Below, in pieces: positions 11,401 through 23,567 of a stretch of DNA of 64,000 bases; the first letter of the stretch is position 1; each line of letters begins with the position of its first letter. The notes under the pieces were generated by a model. The model did no database searches. It was not told the origin of the DNA and was given only the letters and a program-made list of their open reading frames with translations. This DNA comes from Cyanophora paradoxa CCMP329 (taxonomy: Eukaryota > Plantae > Glaucophyta). The translations under genes were made by a program, and so were the position numbers. The DNA is taken from the NCBI GenBank assembly GCA_004431415.1, contig QPMI01000513.1:130889-194888 (forward strand). Reading direction: 5' to 3'.

Positions 11401-14400
11401 GTGGCGAGCTGCTGCGGCGCCTCCTTCGACGCCGGCACCCTCGCCCTCATCGCCGGCCTCCCCCGCCCCGTGCGCGACGCGCCAATGCCGCGCCCCACGC
11501 CCGACCGACCGGCCGAGCCGTTGTCGCCGCCGCCGGCAGGCGATCCTGGAGCGGCCGCGGCCGGCGCTGGCGGCGGGGCTCGTCGCGCTGCGGGACGCGT
11601 GCCCGGCCGGTGTGCCCCGGAGGCAAAGCCGGCGGAGGGCTGCGGGGAGGCGGGGGCGGGCCCCCCGGCGCCGCCGGCGCCGCCGGCGCTCGCCGACGCA
11701 GTCTTCGTCTTCCGGCACGACAAGATCCAGCAGGCGCCCAGCAGACTTCGACCCTCAACGCTTGTCGAAAGTTTGCTGAAGCTTGGGCTCGGACTGGGCG
11801 CAGGCGTCGCACGACTCGCTTGACGCGCGGGAGCGGCGGGCGGCGTGCCTCCGCGCCGGCCTCCTCCTCTTCACCTCCTGCCCCGACCCGTGCGCCCCTT
11901 CTATCGGCGTTTGGGCATGGGTCTCGACGGGGCGCTGCGTTCGAGTCTCGGTCGGGCAGGGCGCAGCTGGAGAACATTTTCGAGGTGGCGAACCTGATCA
12001 ACGCGGGGCTCCCGGCGCCGCCGGCGGCCGGCCCGAGCACCCCACCGGCGCCGGTGCTGCTGCTGGCGGCGGGGCGAACGCGCTGGCGGCGCTGCGGGCG
12101 CGGCGCTGCACGGGCTACGCGCGGGCCCTCGACTACGCCTCGCTGGGCCTGGCCGCCCTCCGCATGGCCGAGGCCGCCCCGCCCGACCGGCCGGCGGCCG
12201 CCTCGAGCTCGGAGGCGGCCGCCCCGGGCGAGACGGAGGAGGCGGAGCCGCTGGACCTCGCCTCCCCGCGCTCCGTCGAGTTCGCCCTCCAGGTCCTCCC
12301 CGTCGGTTTCCCCCGATCGCGAGAGCTCTCCGCCTTCTGGAAGTGCCCGAGCAACTCCGACGCGAATTGAGCGCGAGGGAACCAGCGTTCTCGTCGGGCT
12401 AGATCTGAAATTTAGAATGTGCGGCGCTATTAGATTGAGCTTATCCTGAAGGGGCGTTCCTGTTGGGCTGATCGAAGGGGCGCGCGGTGCCAGGTGGTGG
12501 TGGCGGAGTGCGAGCACCTGCGGGGCGGCTTCGAGGCCGCCGCCGCCCGCTTCGAGGCCGCCTGGGCCCTCGCCGCCTCCCGCCCCCAGCGCCTCCGCGG
12601 TGCCCCGCGCGCGCCTCCCAGCGGCTCTCGCCTTCGACTCACGGGGACTCACGGGGGCGGCAGTGTACCGAGGCCGGGTTGCGCTGCTGTCGAGCCAGGG
12701 GCGCTTCCGGGAGAGCTACGAGGCCGGCGTCGAGTGCCTCGCCGCCCTCTGGGGCGTCCGCATCCCCCTCGGTGCCCTCCGGACCCCGCACCTCCCGCAC
12801 CGTCAGATCTGATCTGATCATCCGATCCGATCCGATCGGGTCCGCCTCAGACGTGACGATGGCGGACTACGAGCGGGAGTTCGAGGCCCTCGTCGCCGCC
12901 ATCTTCGCCCTCCAGGCCCGCCCCCGTCTGCTTGCAGAGTTCCCCGCCCCCGCTCTTCTCGCGTGCTCTGCTCGGGTGCCGAGGTCCCGCATGCAGGCCG
13001 ACGCAGAGGACCGGAGCCCGACGCCGCCGCCCGGGGCGGCGGGGCCCGCTCCGAACCCGCGGGCGGGGCCGGCGGCTCTCACCGACGTCCTCTGCAGCCT
13101 CCCGGACTGCTCCGACCGCGGTGCGCACTCGCACGGAGCGTTTGAATTCAGTTTATATCTCGGCGCCTATGACGCGGAGGGCGGGGCTCGCAGAGACGCT
13201 GGATCTGCTGCAGGTGGCGGGCGAGGCGGCCCTCTCCGCCGGCTACGCCGCCGCCTGCGCCGTCTTCGGCACCATCCCCGCCCGGTCCGCGCGCGTTCCC
13301 CCGCTGCACATTAGCTCCCCAGTTCCGCGGCCCGATGCCGCCTCGCAGGGCCCTACGGCTGAGCTTGCGGCACGGCGTGGGGCCCCAGACGGCCTTTCTC
13401 TGCGCCATGATCGGCCAGGCGCGCACACGCTTCGACGTTGCCCGGGCGCCTGCGCTGGGTGACGGCTGCTCGGGCGCGCAGTTTGGGTCGGTGCTGGACC
13501 GCTTCAAGCCCTACGCCTTCCCCTTTGCTGAGGTCCTCCGCGCCCCTCTCGATCTGCGGCGGGCCGGGGCTGCAGCTGCCCCGGCCGGGCCCCGGCCCTC
13601 GCGCCCCGACCCGGTCCGGTGCGGCAGGTGTCGATCCGCTTCCTGGAGCGGGACAGGGGCATGCGCCCCCGCAACCGCGTCAACGTGCGGCCGCGCCCGC
13701 CTCCGCCCCGGGCCCGCCCGCGCCGCGTCCTGCGACCCGCCGGCCGCGGACGCAGGCGCTCCTCTGGACATCTATCGCCTCCGTGTGGGGCGTGCCCTAC
13801 TCCGCCTCCCTCGCGGTGCGCGCCGCCGCGGCCCTTCGGACTCCCTGCCCTCCGCCAATCGCGACCTCGTGCTTGGCAGTACTCTGCGGAGGGGATGCCG
13901 CTGGCGGTGGAGGCCGGCGCCATGGTCGAGGCCGTCTGCTTCGGCATCGTCCAGGCGCGCCCCTGAAGAGCGAAATTCTAGCGAATTAAAGCGGTTTAGG
14001 TTTATTTGTGGACTACTTGCCCACATTTATGAAAAGGTTTGTCAAAGTTCTGGCTTGGGCTCGATTATGCCCGCATTCGCAGGTGGTGAACGCCTTCGTC
14101 GTCGAGCGCCTGGACGCCTACGAGAAGCGCCGTGCGCGGCCGCGCAGCGCTTTACTTGCGGGCGCTCTCCTAACTGAACGCCGCCGACGCGCCTTTGCAG
14201 TGGAGGCCGTGCTGGGCCTCTTCGCGCAGACGCGCAGCGGCCTCATGGCCCTCGTCTCCGGCCCCTTCCTTGCCGCCGCCCACGCCCTCCGCGTGTGCTC
14301 CGCCCCGGCGCAGCGCTCTTCTCCCGAGCTTGAGGGGCCGCGGGGGGGCGCAGGGGGCGCCCGACGACGCCGGCCTGGGCCCCTTCGCCCTCCCCGCTGC

Positions 14401-17400
14401 CGGTGCCGCCGCCGGTGGCGGAGCTGGGCGCCGGCCGCTGTGGGCGGAGCTGGACGCCGCCAAGTTCGAGGCCGACCTCGCCTCCCTCCCCATGTGCTGG
14501 TGCCCTCCAACCCAGCGCCCCGGAAAGAGCAGCGGCCTTTTTTACCCACGCGCACGGGCACGGCGGCAGGGCGAGCAGCTTCTACTGCTTCGCGGCGATG
14601 GTCCGCTTCTTCGTCGCCGGCAACCTCCCCGCCGTGCGCGACCCGCCCCTCCCAGCGCGCGGACCTCCGCGTTCCCACGCGTTGCGCGTTTTGCGCGCGG
14701 GCCGGGCGGCCGCTCGGCCTAGTTCAGCTCTCTTAGAATTTCCTGTCGAGGCCTGGGATGGCGGCAGATGTGGCGGGTGGCGGCGGCGTACGAGGCGCTG
14801 GGGGCCGACCCCATCGACGTCCGCCAGGCCGTCTCCTGCGGTGCGCGCGCGCCGCTCCCCCGCCCCCGCCCCGCCTCGTCTAGCTTTGCACACCGGAGGC
14901 CCGATCTCTCGAGCTTTGACCCCCCGCGCATCCCTGCTCGAGGTTCTTAAAAGAGCGAACGATGAATCCAATAAGCTTAAGCATAAGATTTTGAGGCCGC
15001 GCCCGCACGTCCGGGCTCTCCTCGACGGGCCCTGCAGAGCAGGAGATCTCTCTCGCAATGGGGCTTGCCCTCGGCTCCCGCCTCTCCCCGGGGCCTGCGG
15101 CGGCCGGGGCGGATCCTGAACCCGGCCCGAGCCCCCTCGAGCGCGCGCGGCTCTCCGGGCGGCTCGCGTTCTACGCGGGGCGCGGTGCGGCGCGAGCGCG
15201 CGGGGCCCCGGCTCGCGCATCCTCACCCTGCGGCGCAGCGCGGGTGAGCGCGGAGGCGGCGCCGCACAACTTCCGCTCCTGGCACCGCCTCCTGCAGGCC
15301 GAGCAGGAGCGCGCCGATGGCGCCGCCCTCGCGGCCCTCCGCTCCTACGAGGCCGCCCGCGCCGCCGCCGAGGAGGCCGGCTGCCGCCTCGTCGCCCTCG
15401 CGGCCGGCGAGCGCGCGGCGGGGCTCGCCGCCGAGTGCGACCTGCCGGCCGCCGCCGAGGGCTACGCCGAGGCGGCCGCCCGCACCTGCGACCGCTGGGG
15501 CGCCGCTGGCAAGGCCGCCGCGCTCCGCGGCAGGCGCGCCCGCCTCCGAGTTGAGGACGCAGCGCGCTTCTGACGCTGCCCCGCAGGCGCCTCCCGCCGC
15601 CGCCCGCCGCCGAGGAGGAGGAAGAGGCGGCGCCGCCGTCGGGTGCGACGGAGGGCGAGCTGCAGGGCGGCGGGCATGGGTACGCGGAGGCGGACACGGC
15701 GTCGATGGAGACGGGGACGGGGACGGCCTCCTCCTTGGCGGGGCCCGACGCCGGCGCCGCCGCCCCGTCTCTCTCCTCCCTCTCCCGCCCCTCCAGCAGC
15801 GGCTGGCCCTGCTCCTCCGCCCACAGGTCCGACATCGGCGCGCCTAACTCCGATCGAGCGCCTCTGACTTTGCCTGCACGTGCATTTTTCGCGCGCAGCG
15901 CGTCGGTGTCGGCGTGGCAGCAGCACGGGCGGGATGCCGCCACCTCCTCCGCCGCCTCCGGCGCCGGCTCCGCCGCGGGGGCCCGCCGCGAGGTCCTCCG
16001 CTCGGGGCCCACTGTCGGCCCCGCGGCCGCCGCCGCCTCCCACAGCACGACCCTCCTCCAGGTGCCGTGAGGGCTCGTCGGGGCCCGCGCATGCGAGATC
16101 GCGAACGAAACTCCCGCGCGGCAGGGGCGCTGCTGCTCGCCGGCGAGTCGCCTGCGCCGCTGCGCGCGCTGGCGGAGCGGCTGCTGGCGGCCGCCATCGA
16201 GCTCGGCGGCGCCCAGCGCGGCCTCCTCATCCTCGAGCGCGAGCCGCCGGGTGCCGCCGCCACCGCCGCCGTCGCAGGCCCGGCGCACGTGCGCGCGCGT
16301 TGCTGGCCGTGGGCCCCGCTTCGCTCAAGGCCTAGGGGCGGCAGAGTTTGAGCGCGGCGCGGCGGGAATACTTTGTGGAGGCCCGCGGGGAGGTGGTCGA
16401 CGCGTGCGCGCCTTCTGCGCCCTCTAGACTGCAGCTGCAGCCAACACCTGCGAGCGCGTGCGCGCAGGCTCGAGCAGCCGCCCCGCCCCACGCACCGCAT
16501 CCACGTCGAGGGCGGCGCCTCGCGGCCGCTGGCGGAGTGCGGGGCGCTGCTGTGCGTGCGGGCGGCGGAGTGGGCGCTCTGCTGCGGGCGCCCCGCCTGC
16601 CTCCGCCGCGACGCCGACGGGACGAGTGGCGCGCCTGCCCGCCTCCCCGCCGCCCCGAGCTCGCCTAACGCTGCGGCAGGGCGCCGCTGGAGCTGCGGTC
16701 GGACCCCTACGCGGCCGCCGCCGGCGTGCAGTCCCTCCTCGTCCTGCCCCTGCCCCTCCAGGCCCGCCCCGCCCCGCCCCGCCCCGCCCCGCCCCGCCTC
16801 CGGATCCAATTGTGCGATCCGCCCGCCTTCTCTGATCGCCGGCCCGGTGCTTGTGTGCAGGGCCGCACGATCGGCGCAATCTACCTCGAGAGCCGGTGAG
16901 CCGGCGCCAGCGCACGCAACCGGCCGCGGCCCCGCCCCGGCCAGCAGCAGCACTGCTGGAATTTATTATTGATGTGAAATGAGATCGATCTCCGTGCGCG
17001 CAGGCTGCTGCGGAGCGCGTTCACGCCGCCGGTCGTCGATGCCTTCTCCGCCCTCGCCCCGCAGGCGCGCGCATGCGCAGCCTCCCGCCCGCGCCCTCCG
17101 GCCCCGCTCCGGGGGATCCTCCCCCCGAGCCGGCCGAGCGCAGCTGGCGGTGGCGGTGGCGAACGCGCGGCTCCACGCGGCGCTCCGCCGCGCCCGCGAC
17201 GATCTCGCCTCCCTCCTCGGTCCGCCCCCGCCCCTCTGCATCCCTTCAGATTTGTGGCTGACGCGCCATCCGCTGCGCAGCGAGTGGTGCGCCACATGCA
17301 CGCACTTGCTTTATTCTCTTAAATTCGAATACTAAGTTCCCTGCTCTCGCAGCGCCCGACGCCATCCTTGCGGTTGACAACGAGGTATGCCGGGCGCAAG

Positions 17401-18369
17401 CGCAATTTTTAGAACTGGAGGGAGCACTTAAAAACATATTCGGATGGCTCACATGGTGCGCGGCAGCTGGCGGTGGCGTTGGCGAGCGGGGCGGCGGGAC
17501 GCCTGTGGGGCGGGGCCGGCCCCCTCGTCGGCCGCAGGCTCCCCGACCTCCTCTCCCTCCCCCCGGTCCGCTGGGCTCACCTTTAATATTAGCGATCGGG
17601 CCGAGCTCCCGCGGTCGCGGCTCACGCCTTACTCAGGAGCTCTTCACGGCTCTGGAGGGCCTTCGCGGCTGCGGGGGGCCCGCCGCCGTTCATCTTCGAC
17701 CTCTGGACCGCTTCCAGAGAGCGTGCGTGCAACCCGCCGCGCCGAAGGCCCGGCGCCGGCGCCGGCGGCATGAGCGTGGGCCTCTCCGCAGCGTCGCGCA
17801 CGTGGGCGGGCCTTCGGCCGCGAGCGGGGCCGGCGCCGGCGCCGACGTCGAAGTCGAGGCGAGCCCGGCCGCCGTCCCGCTGTCCGCGCCCGGCCCGCCT
17901 GATCACGGGGCCAGGTCCTCGTCGTCCCTCTCGAGAGGGGCGAGGCTGAGGGCGACTTCGCGAGCGGCAGTGCCGGCGGGGGGCGTCCGGCGCCGCACGC
18001 TGCCGCGCGGGCGCCTTCCGTTCCTGGCCCACCCCGCTTCGCCGTTCATGGTGAATGAATATTGTTATCTTTCAGCGAACCGCCGCTTGCGACCGCGCGT
18101 TGCATTCACGGCTGACGTCGCGTGCAGTGCGGGTCAACGGCGGGGCGCCGACGGGGGCGGGGAGCCGGCGGGGAGCGGGGAGCCGGCGCCGGGCGCCCGC
18201 GTGGCGTCCGAGGCGTGCGCGCCGGCCGGCATGTGCATCTCGCCCAGCCCCGCAGCCGCGGCTCCTGCGCCCGGCCTTCAGGTCCCCGGCTCCGGCTCCG
18301 GCTCCGCGGAGGTCGGCGCCCCGCCTGCGCGCGCCGCGCATGCGCAACGCGGCCCTCTTCCACGCTGAA
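8455..18369 (+). CDS. Bacterial-type multidomain sensor: degenerate Ser/Thr kinase + AAA_16 ATPase + helical region + GAF (+ PAS-like), multi-exon host gene
   Basis: YTAPELSGR, DLYFAGLALYEALAGRPPF, LLAKAPAERYQSAYGLLQDL, LYGRSAELE, Walker A GPPGAGKT, VLDDCQ/WAD, KTGGNPL, FRHDKIQQA, RWGAAGKAAAL, and GAF motifs GAQRGLLIL..IGAIYLE..QLAVAVANARLH. The 3' end is uncertain. Confidence 0.8.
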
Positions 18370-18542
18370 AATCTTCCGGGCGCGGTTCCAGCTGTAACTA
18401 GTTAATATCTAAACACCCCGCATGAATTCCAATGGGGGATGGCGGGATGGTTATGAGAAGGGGAGAAGTGGCAAGGGGAGAAGGGGGCAAATGGGGATAC
18501 TACGATATCTAAAATCCGAGTGACAGTAAACAGAAGCTAACG

Positions 18543-19333
18543 ATGAAAAAAGCGCACCACCAACAGAAGCCGGATCAATCTTATCCGATTGGGATCGAAA
18601 AGAAGAATTCAAAGCTCCTGCAGCCGAACTCAAATGGAGCACTGGCATCGCTGCAGGAACTTCTGCGCTCGGGCGAGCACTCGGACTTCACGATCGTGGT
18701 CGTCCCTTCGCGGGCGATCGCCGGTGCGCAGCTGCACTGCGCATGCGGCAGGCGCTTCGAAATTCGATTTGCGCATGTCGGCCTAAAATAACACTTGTGC
18801 ATGCTTTCACATTAATATTTGCGCGCGCCTGCGCGACGCAGAGGAGCAGCCCGACGACGTCGCCGCGGGGTCCCGTGCACGTGCGCGTGGCCCCAAAAGA
18901 GCCCGCTCTGGCGCTGGCGATTCGAATTCTGCACGTGTGCGAATTCCTGTCCACACGCTTGTTCTGAAGGTCCTCCACTTTAAACTTGTACATGTATATT
19001 ATAGTATTGCGCATGCGCATCTGTTCGTATTCCTTGCTGAATTTCGCGAAGATGCGTGGCGAGTACTTCAAACGAATGATGTCTTCGGGGATGAAGGAGA
19101 CACGCTCGGCAGAGATGCGGATCAAAGGGCGGCACCCCGATGCCATCCGAGCTCTCGTCCATTACCTTTACACTGACGAGGTGCGAAATAGTTTTTAATC
19201 CGCCCCCGCCCGTATGCATTAGAAATTTTAGATCTCGTACGCGTAAACGTACGCGTCGCTTCAAGTTTTAATTCAATGTATACGTTCTCTGTTTGATTTC
19301 CAGGTGAAGGAACTCGAGCCCGAACTCTGCATC
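18543..19333 (+). pseudogene. BTB/POZ-BACK protein, 5' half (disrupted by element A)
   Basis: LQELLRSGEHSDFTIVV, MRGEYFKRMMSSGMKETRSAEMRIKGRHPDAIRALVHYLYTDE, then exon 19304-19333 VKELEPELCI, which continues in frame at 59877. Confidence 0.88.
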
Positions 19334-19874
19334 AAAAAAATGAGATAGTGGGGGTTCCAGCCCACCCACCTCTTTCTCACCCTCACTCCTCCAAACCACC
19401 CCAACCCACACACTCCAACGCCTTCCAACACACATTCTCTTCCATCCCTTCGTTACGTCTACCACCACAACCTCTCCAAACCAACCATCCAGCAACCGCT
19501 AGGTAGTATCTAACGTCTAGTCCGATCGATTTTGCAAAAGATATAGCAGTGATTTTAGGCGGACCCCCAAAGCGCCGGTCTCAGAATAATCTTCAGATAC
19601 AGCTAGACGTTAATTTTGTGTACTTTGAATCTAACAGAGAAAACATGTTTAGCTCAATTCTAGACGATATTAATGAGTACAATGAAGCTAACAGAGGAAA
19701 CACGTTTAGCTCAATTCTAGACGTTAATTGTGTGTATTTCGAATCTAAAAAACAAAGAGGTTTCAAGGGTTATGCTACACGTAATTACTATATCATCGGA
19801 ATCTAATTACATACTCGAGTTCAGGTTCTAGCTAGACGCTAATTATTCCCACCGATGACGTAGTCCAAGTTTAG
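19334..19874 (+). repeat. Element A left TIR, with an internal 57-bp tandem repeat (units start 19603, 19660, 19717)
   Basis: Reverse complement of 57161-57250 joined to 59538-59870. Confidence 0.92.
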
Positions 19875-20475
19875 TGAAACCACTTAACATTGGTTTGTAT
19901 TCGATCGACGGCCCGACAGGATCAGCGCTGCTAGAGGCGATGCGCAAGATCGATGTGTTTGCTACAGGTAATTCGCTAGCATTCTCATCCACCTCGGGGA
20001 TTGCGACGATCGTCTTAGCAGGAACAGCAGATGATGGAGGAGAAAGCTTTTTATCAATTTTGGTCTTAGCAATCGGTTCGTTTAAAATCTTGTTTTCCAT
20101 TTTAGTCTCAACCGCTATACCAGCAATAAGATCACCAGCACGCTTCTTTGAAATTGTTTTCAACCCAGTCACTGTTTTAATGAAATATCTGCTACGATTA
20201 CCAGTCTCTGATACATACAGCGGACCATCGTCAGTATCCTTCAGTTTACTAGTTTTGCTTTTCTTTGTCCGCGAATTTGGGATATTATCTAGAATAGCGT
20301 TTTCGTCGGCAGTAAGAGCAAAATCGATAGACGCACCCTCACCACCAGCAGTCCGACGAACTAAAGGATAGGATTCAGTATCACCGCTCAAAAATTCAAT
20401 ATTATTCTTTTTATTGGGTGAGTTTGTAAGTTTTCTAGAAGCCGAAGGCAAGTAGCCACTTGTGCTACGCACCAT
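19843..20475 (-). CDS. Element A hypothetical lysine-rich protein (210 aa)
   Basis: ATG-started ORF co-oriented with the penton; its stop lies in the TIR; no motif recognised. Confidence 0.6.
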   Translation of the reverse strand: MVRSTSGYLPSASRKLTNSPNKKNNIEFLSGDTESYPLVRRTAGGEGASIDFALTADENAILDNIPNSRTKKSKTSKLKDTDDGPLYVSETGNRSRYFIKTVTGLKTISKKRAGDLIAGIAVETKMENKILNEPIAKTKIDKKLSPPSSAVPAKTIVAIPEVDENASELPVANTSILRIASSSADPVGPSIEYKPMLSGFTKLGLRHRWE

Positions 20476-20544
20476 TTGTTTTAAATAAGGAACAGAAAAA
20501 GTCGACAGACAAGCTGCCTCGGCTGCGCATTCGCGAAAGTGAAT

Positions 20545-21420
20545 TTAAGCAAAACTGCGATCAAACGGATGAAACTCACTATCTGTGTTTCTGATTGACG
20601 AGCGAAGTGATGCCTTTGTGTATGAAGAATCTTCAATTTCGAACTCGATAACGAATGAGAATTCAGTGTTAATAGCTGCAGTAAATCCATTAAAATAACG
20701 TATTGACACATCAAGTTGTTCTAACTCAGAATTATGATCGACGGAAACAGGAACACGTTCATCAGATGTATATTTGATAAGCTCTCCAAATTTCGCATCG
20801 ATATGAATCTTTGCCAACGATGTGTTTGTCCAGTTATTTATTGTGTGAATCGAACCACGAATCTGATCGATATGTAGGAAGAGATAAGTATGATAAAGAA
20901 GATCAACAGGTATATCGCCAACGATAGCAAACGCATAATCAACAGCATCAACTGTGATTGGAGTATCCAGCTGTTCTGCGGAATCTGTAACAGCCTTTGT
21001 GAAGCCGAGCAGATTTGCGAGTTCAAGAGTGGAAAACGTCAGAGTAAACTCCGATTCACACAAGATTGTGATTTTCATTGAAACATCATCAAAAACCGTT
21101 AAGAACTTGCGTTGGTAAGTACTCCCCAAATAACTGTATTGTTGTGTTTTCAAAAGAACGTTCATATAATTCGTAAGAGATGTTGGAGTATATGATCCAG
21201 CTCGAAATAGGTTCGTTCTGGTTTTAATTACATTGCTAGGATCGAGCGTAATGGTTGTTATTGAAGCATCAGCAGCTAGATTATACATATTGTGAAAAAG
21301 TTCTAGCGATTCAATTCTAGCCGACTTCACGTTTGCTAACGCCCGAGGCAGATTAATTTTGAAATTCGAGGACGTGCCTTCGAACCGATCTCTAGAATCA
21401 ACATTTACGCGGAGTTTCAT
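20545..21420 (-). CDS. Element A minor capsid protein (penton)
   Basis: VNVDSRDR..NFKINLP..NVKSARIESLE, YLFLHI, LDVSIRYFNG..FSFVIEFE; divergent from the MCP gene. Confidence 0.85.
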   Translation of the reverse strand: MKLRVNVDSRDRFEGTSSNFKINLPRALANVKSARIESLELFHNMYNLAADASITTITLDPSNVIKTRTNLFRAGSYTPTSLTNYMNVLLKTQQYSYLGSTYQRKFLTVFDDVSMKITILCESEFTLTFSTLELANLLGFTKAVTDSAEQLDTPITVDAVDYAFAIVGDIPVDLLYHTYLFLHIDQIRGSIHTINNWTNTSLAKIHIDAKFGELIKYTSDERVPVSVDHNSELEQLDVSIRYFNGFTAAINTEFSFVIEFEIEDSSYTKASLRSSIRNTDSEFHPFDRSFA

Positions 21421-21464
21421 CTTTACAACAATATACGTGAAAATATTCTGTAATATAATATCAA

Positions 21465-22693
21465 ATGGCGCAAGCAGGAACTACTCTGAAAGAGCTCCTA
21501 ACAACCAAAGGATCGAACGAGCTTTATCTATCGCCAGGTCTAACTGTCGGTGTTAGCCCAAAGTTTAAGCCTTTCCTTGAGACGATCCGTCCGCGAGGCA
21601 ACTCATACGGATTCGCACAGACTGCTGCTTTCGACCTTCCGCGCAAGCAACTTCTAAATGGCGTCTCCCTATATTTTAAGGTAACAGTCGCTGGTGGAGC
21701 TGCCGCTTCGGTTCTTCCTAATGGTGCTGGTGCATTTATTGAAAACGTACGCTTTGTTCATGGATCTTTCAAAATGGTAATTCCCGGTGATTGGCTTACA
21801 GTGAACGCACTGATTGATAACAGCGTCGCATCCGCCAAGCTTTTGCTAGCAGCTACGGCTTTGGAAAAGACGCAGCTCTAGAGATTCTCGATGCTAGCCG
21901 AGAGTACGTGCTGAAGATCCCATCACAGCTTTGGGACAATTCATATTTCCCTCTGCTAGCACTTGCGGATATGCCAACCGTCGAGATTGACTTCCGTTCG
22001 GCTGGTGTGATTGGAACTGTTGCTGATGCTATTGCGACTCTAACGGATTGTGCCCTGGTTTGTCAGTTCGTGAATATTCCTAGCGAAGAGGCAGAGTCTA
22101 TGCTAAAATCTGCGAACGAGTCTGGCGGTATTAGAATTCCCTTTACTGAAATCATTTCAAAGCGCTCACGCCAGCTTAAGACGGACGACGCAGGAAACGC
22201 TGTCGAAATATCCCTTGCTAACGTTAGCGGCCTTGTGCACGCGATCCTGATGACAGTGCGTAATGCGAATCACCTGGGCACTCGCAATCATAATTCATTT
22301 GCCGGTAACGGTAACGCTTTGAAGATTGATTCGTTTGAGATCATGCACAATAATCGCACTCTCGATATCAGTAATAAGCCAATCTCTGGATTTGTTTCGA
22401 GCTGCTATCATATCCCAACTCAATATCGCGGAGCAACAACTGGTAATTCAGCCCTTGGTTTTGAAGACGGAAATGTCTATGGTATTGTGCTTTCGAAATC
22501 TGGCAAAGACTCCCTCCACAACGCTGTCCTCGGCTACACAGACTTCTTCAACTCAAGCAGCAGCTACTGCTCCCTCACTGTCACCGGATGTACAAACACC
22601 GCACCAGCTGTAGTCGATTTTCACGTCCTGCGCCACAACGTTCTCGTAATTAATTCATATCAAATGTCGACTCTAAAAGTAAGTAACTTCTAA
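21465..22693 (+). CDS. Element A major capsid protein (double jelly-roll), one frameshift near 21868
   Basis: 138 aa + 261 aa ORFs join by adding one A in GAAAAGAC; aligns end to end with the element B MCP; lies between penton and ATPase. Confidence 0.85.
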
Positions 22694-22694
22694 A

Positions 22695-23399
22695 ATGGAT
22701 ATCAAATTGTTTGATCCAGCAGAAGTAAAACTTCCTAAACGGTTCTTGTTTGTCGGCCCCACCAACTCGGGCAAAAGCACCTACGTAAAACACGTATTAA
22801 ATGCTGTAGCAAATCAGCTAGACGATATTTACGTCTTCAGCACAACGGCATTTACAGAACAGTGGGACGATACCACTCGCAAGAGCAATATTTATGAAGA
22901 ATGGGATACAGTTTTGGTTGAAGAACTTTTAGAACGTCAAAAAGAAAGACGACGCAAGAAAGATGATCGAAAAATAGCAATTGTTTTAGATGACTTGCTT
23001 GATAATGACCTAGTAAACGTCCACAGTGACCGATTAATGCAAAAGCTTTTTACTAGCGGAAGACATTACAATATATCGCTCTTTATCACGACACAACGTC
23101 TATGTGGCATTAGTCCGACGATTCGGCGAAATTGCGAATATGTATGCTTTTCGTCGATTCTATCGAATATTAAAGAGTTCGATTGCGTCTTTGCCGAATA
23201 CAACGCCGGAGCGAGTCGAGCAGTTTTAATGCGTCTTTTCCTTGAATGGGGTCATTCGTATCAGGTTTTGATATTTGAAGCCGCGACCGTGGACCGCGTC
23301 TACTCTGTTGATAAATCTTCTGGAGATTTTTCGGCTCTATCAAGCTTTTTACACGCAAGAAAGCGGCCCGGTCGAAAGCCGGCAACCAATCTTGTCTAA
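22695..23399 (+). CDS. Element A A32-like packaging ATPase
   Basis: GPTNSGKST, IVLDD, SGRHYNISLFITTQ. Confidence 0.93.
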   Translation: MDIKLFDPAEVKLPKRFLFVGPTNSGKSTYVKHVLNAVANQLDDIYVFSTTAFTEQWDDTTRKSNIYEEWDTVLVEELLERQKERRRKKDDRKIAIVLDDLLDNDLVNVHSDRLMQKLFTSGRHYNISLFITTQRLCGISPTIRRNCEYVCFSSILSNIKEFDCVFAEYNAGASRAVLMRLFLEWGHSYQVLIFEAATVDRVYSVDKSSGDFSALSSFLHARKRPGRKPATNLV

Positions 23400-23567
23400 G
23401 CAACCAACTAGTATATTCTGGTTTAGCTGAGGCAATCCACAAATAGCTTGCGCCCTTGTAAATGCCGAAGCTGATGCAGTGGCATGGTGAAAGTTGTGAT
23501 CTCCCCGGCCAACATATTTCTAAATCTTCAATATCCATCAAAAAGATAAAGGGTGTTATTCCTTCAA

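Noticed and set aside
54-18405. Numerous long Arg/Pro/Gly/Ala-rich ORFs in the track
   Set aside because: Artefacts of extreme GC content reading through introns; real exons are short.
21860-21910. Programmed -1 frameshift in both MCP genes at similar positions (also ~41388)
   Set aside because: No canonical slippery heptamer. Each is fixed by one extra base in a homopolymer, and B's two TIRs differ by the same kind of indel, which points to sequencing error.
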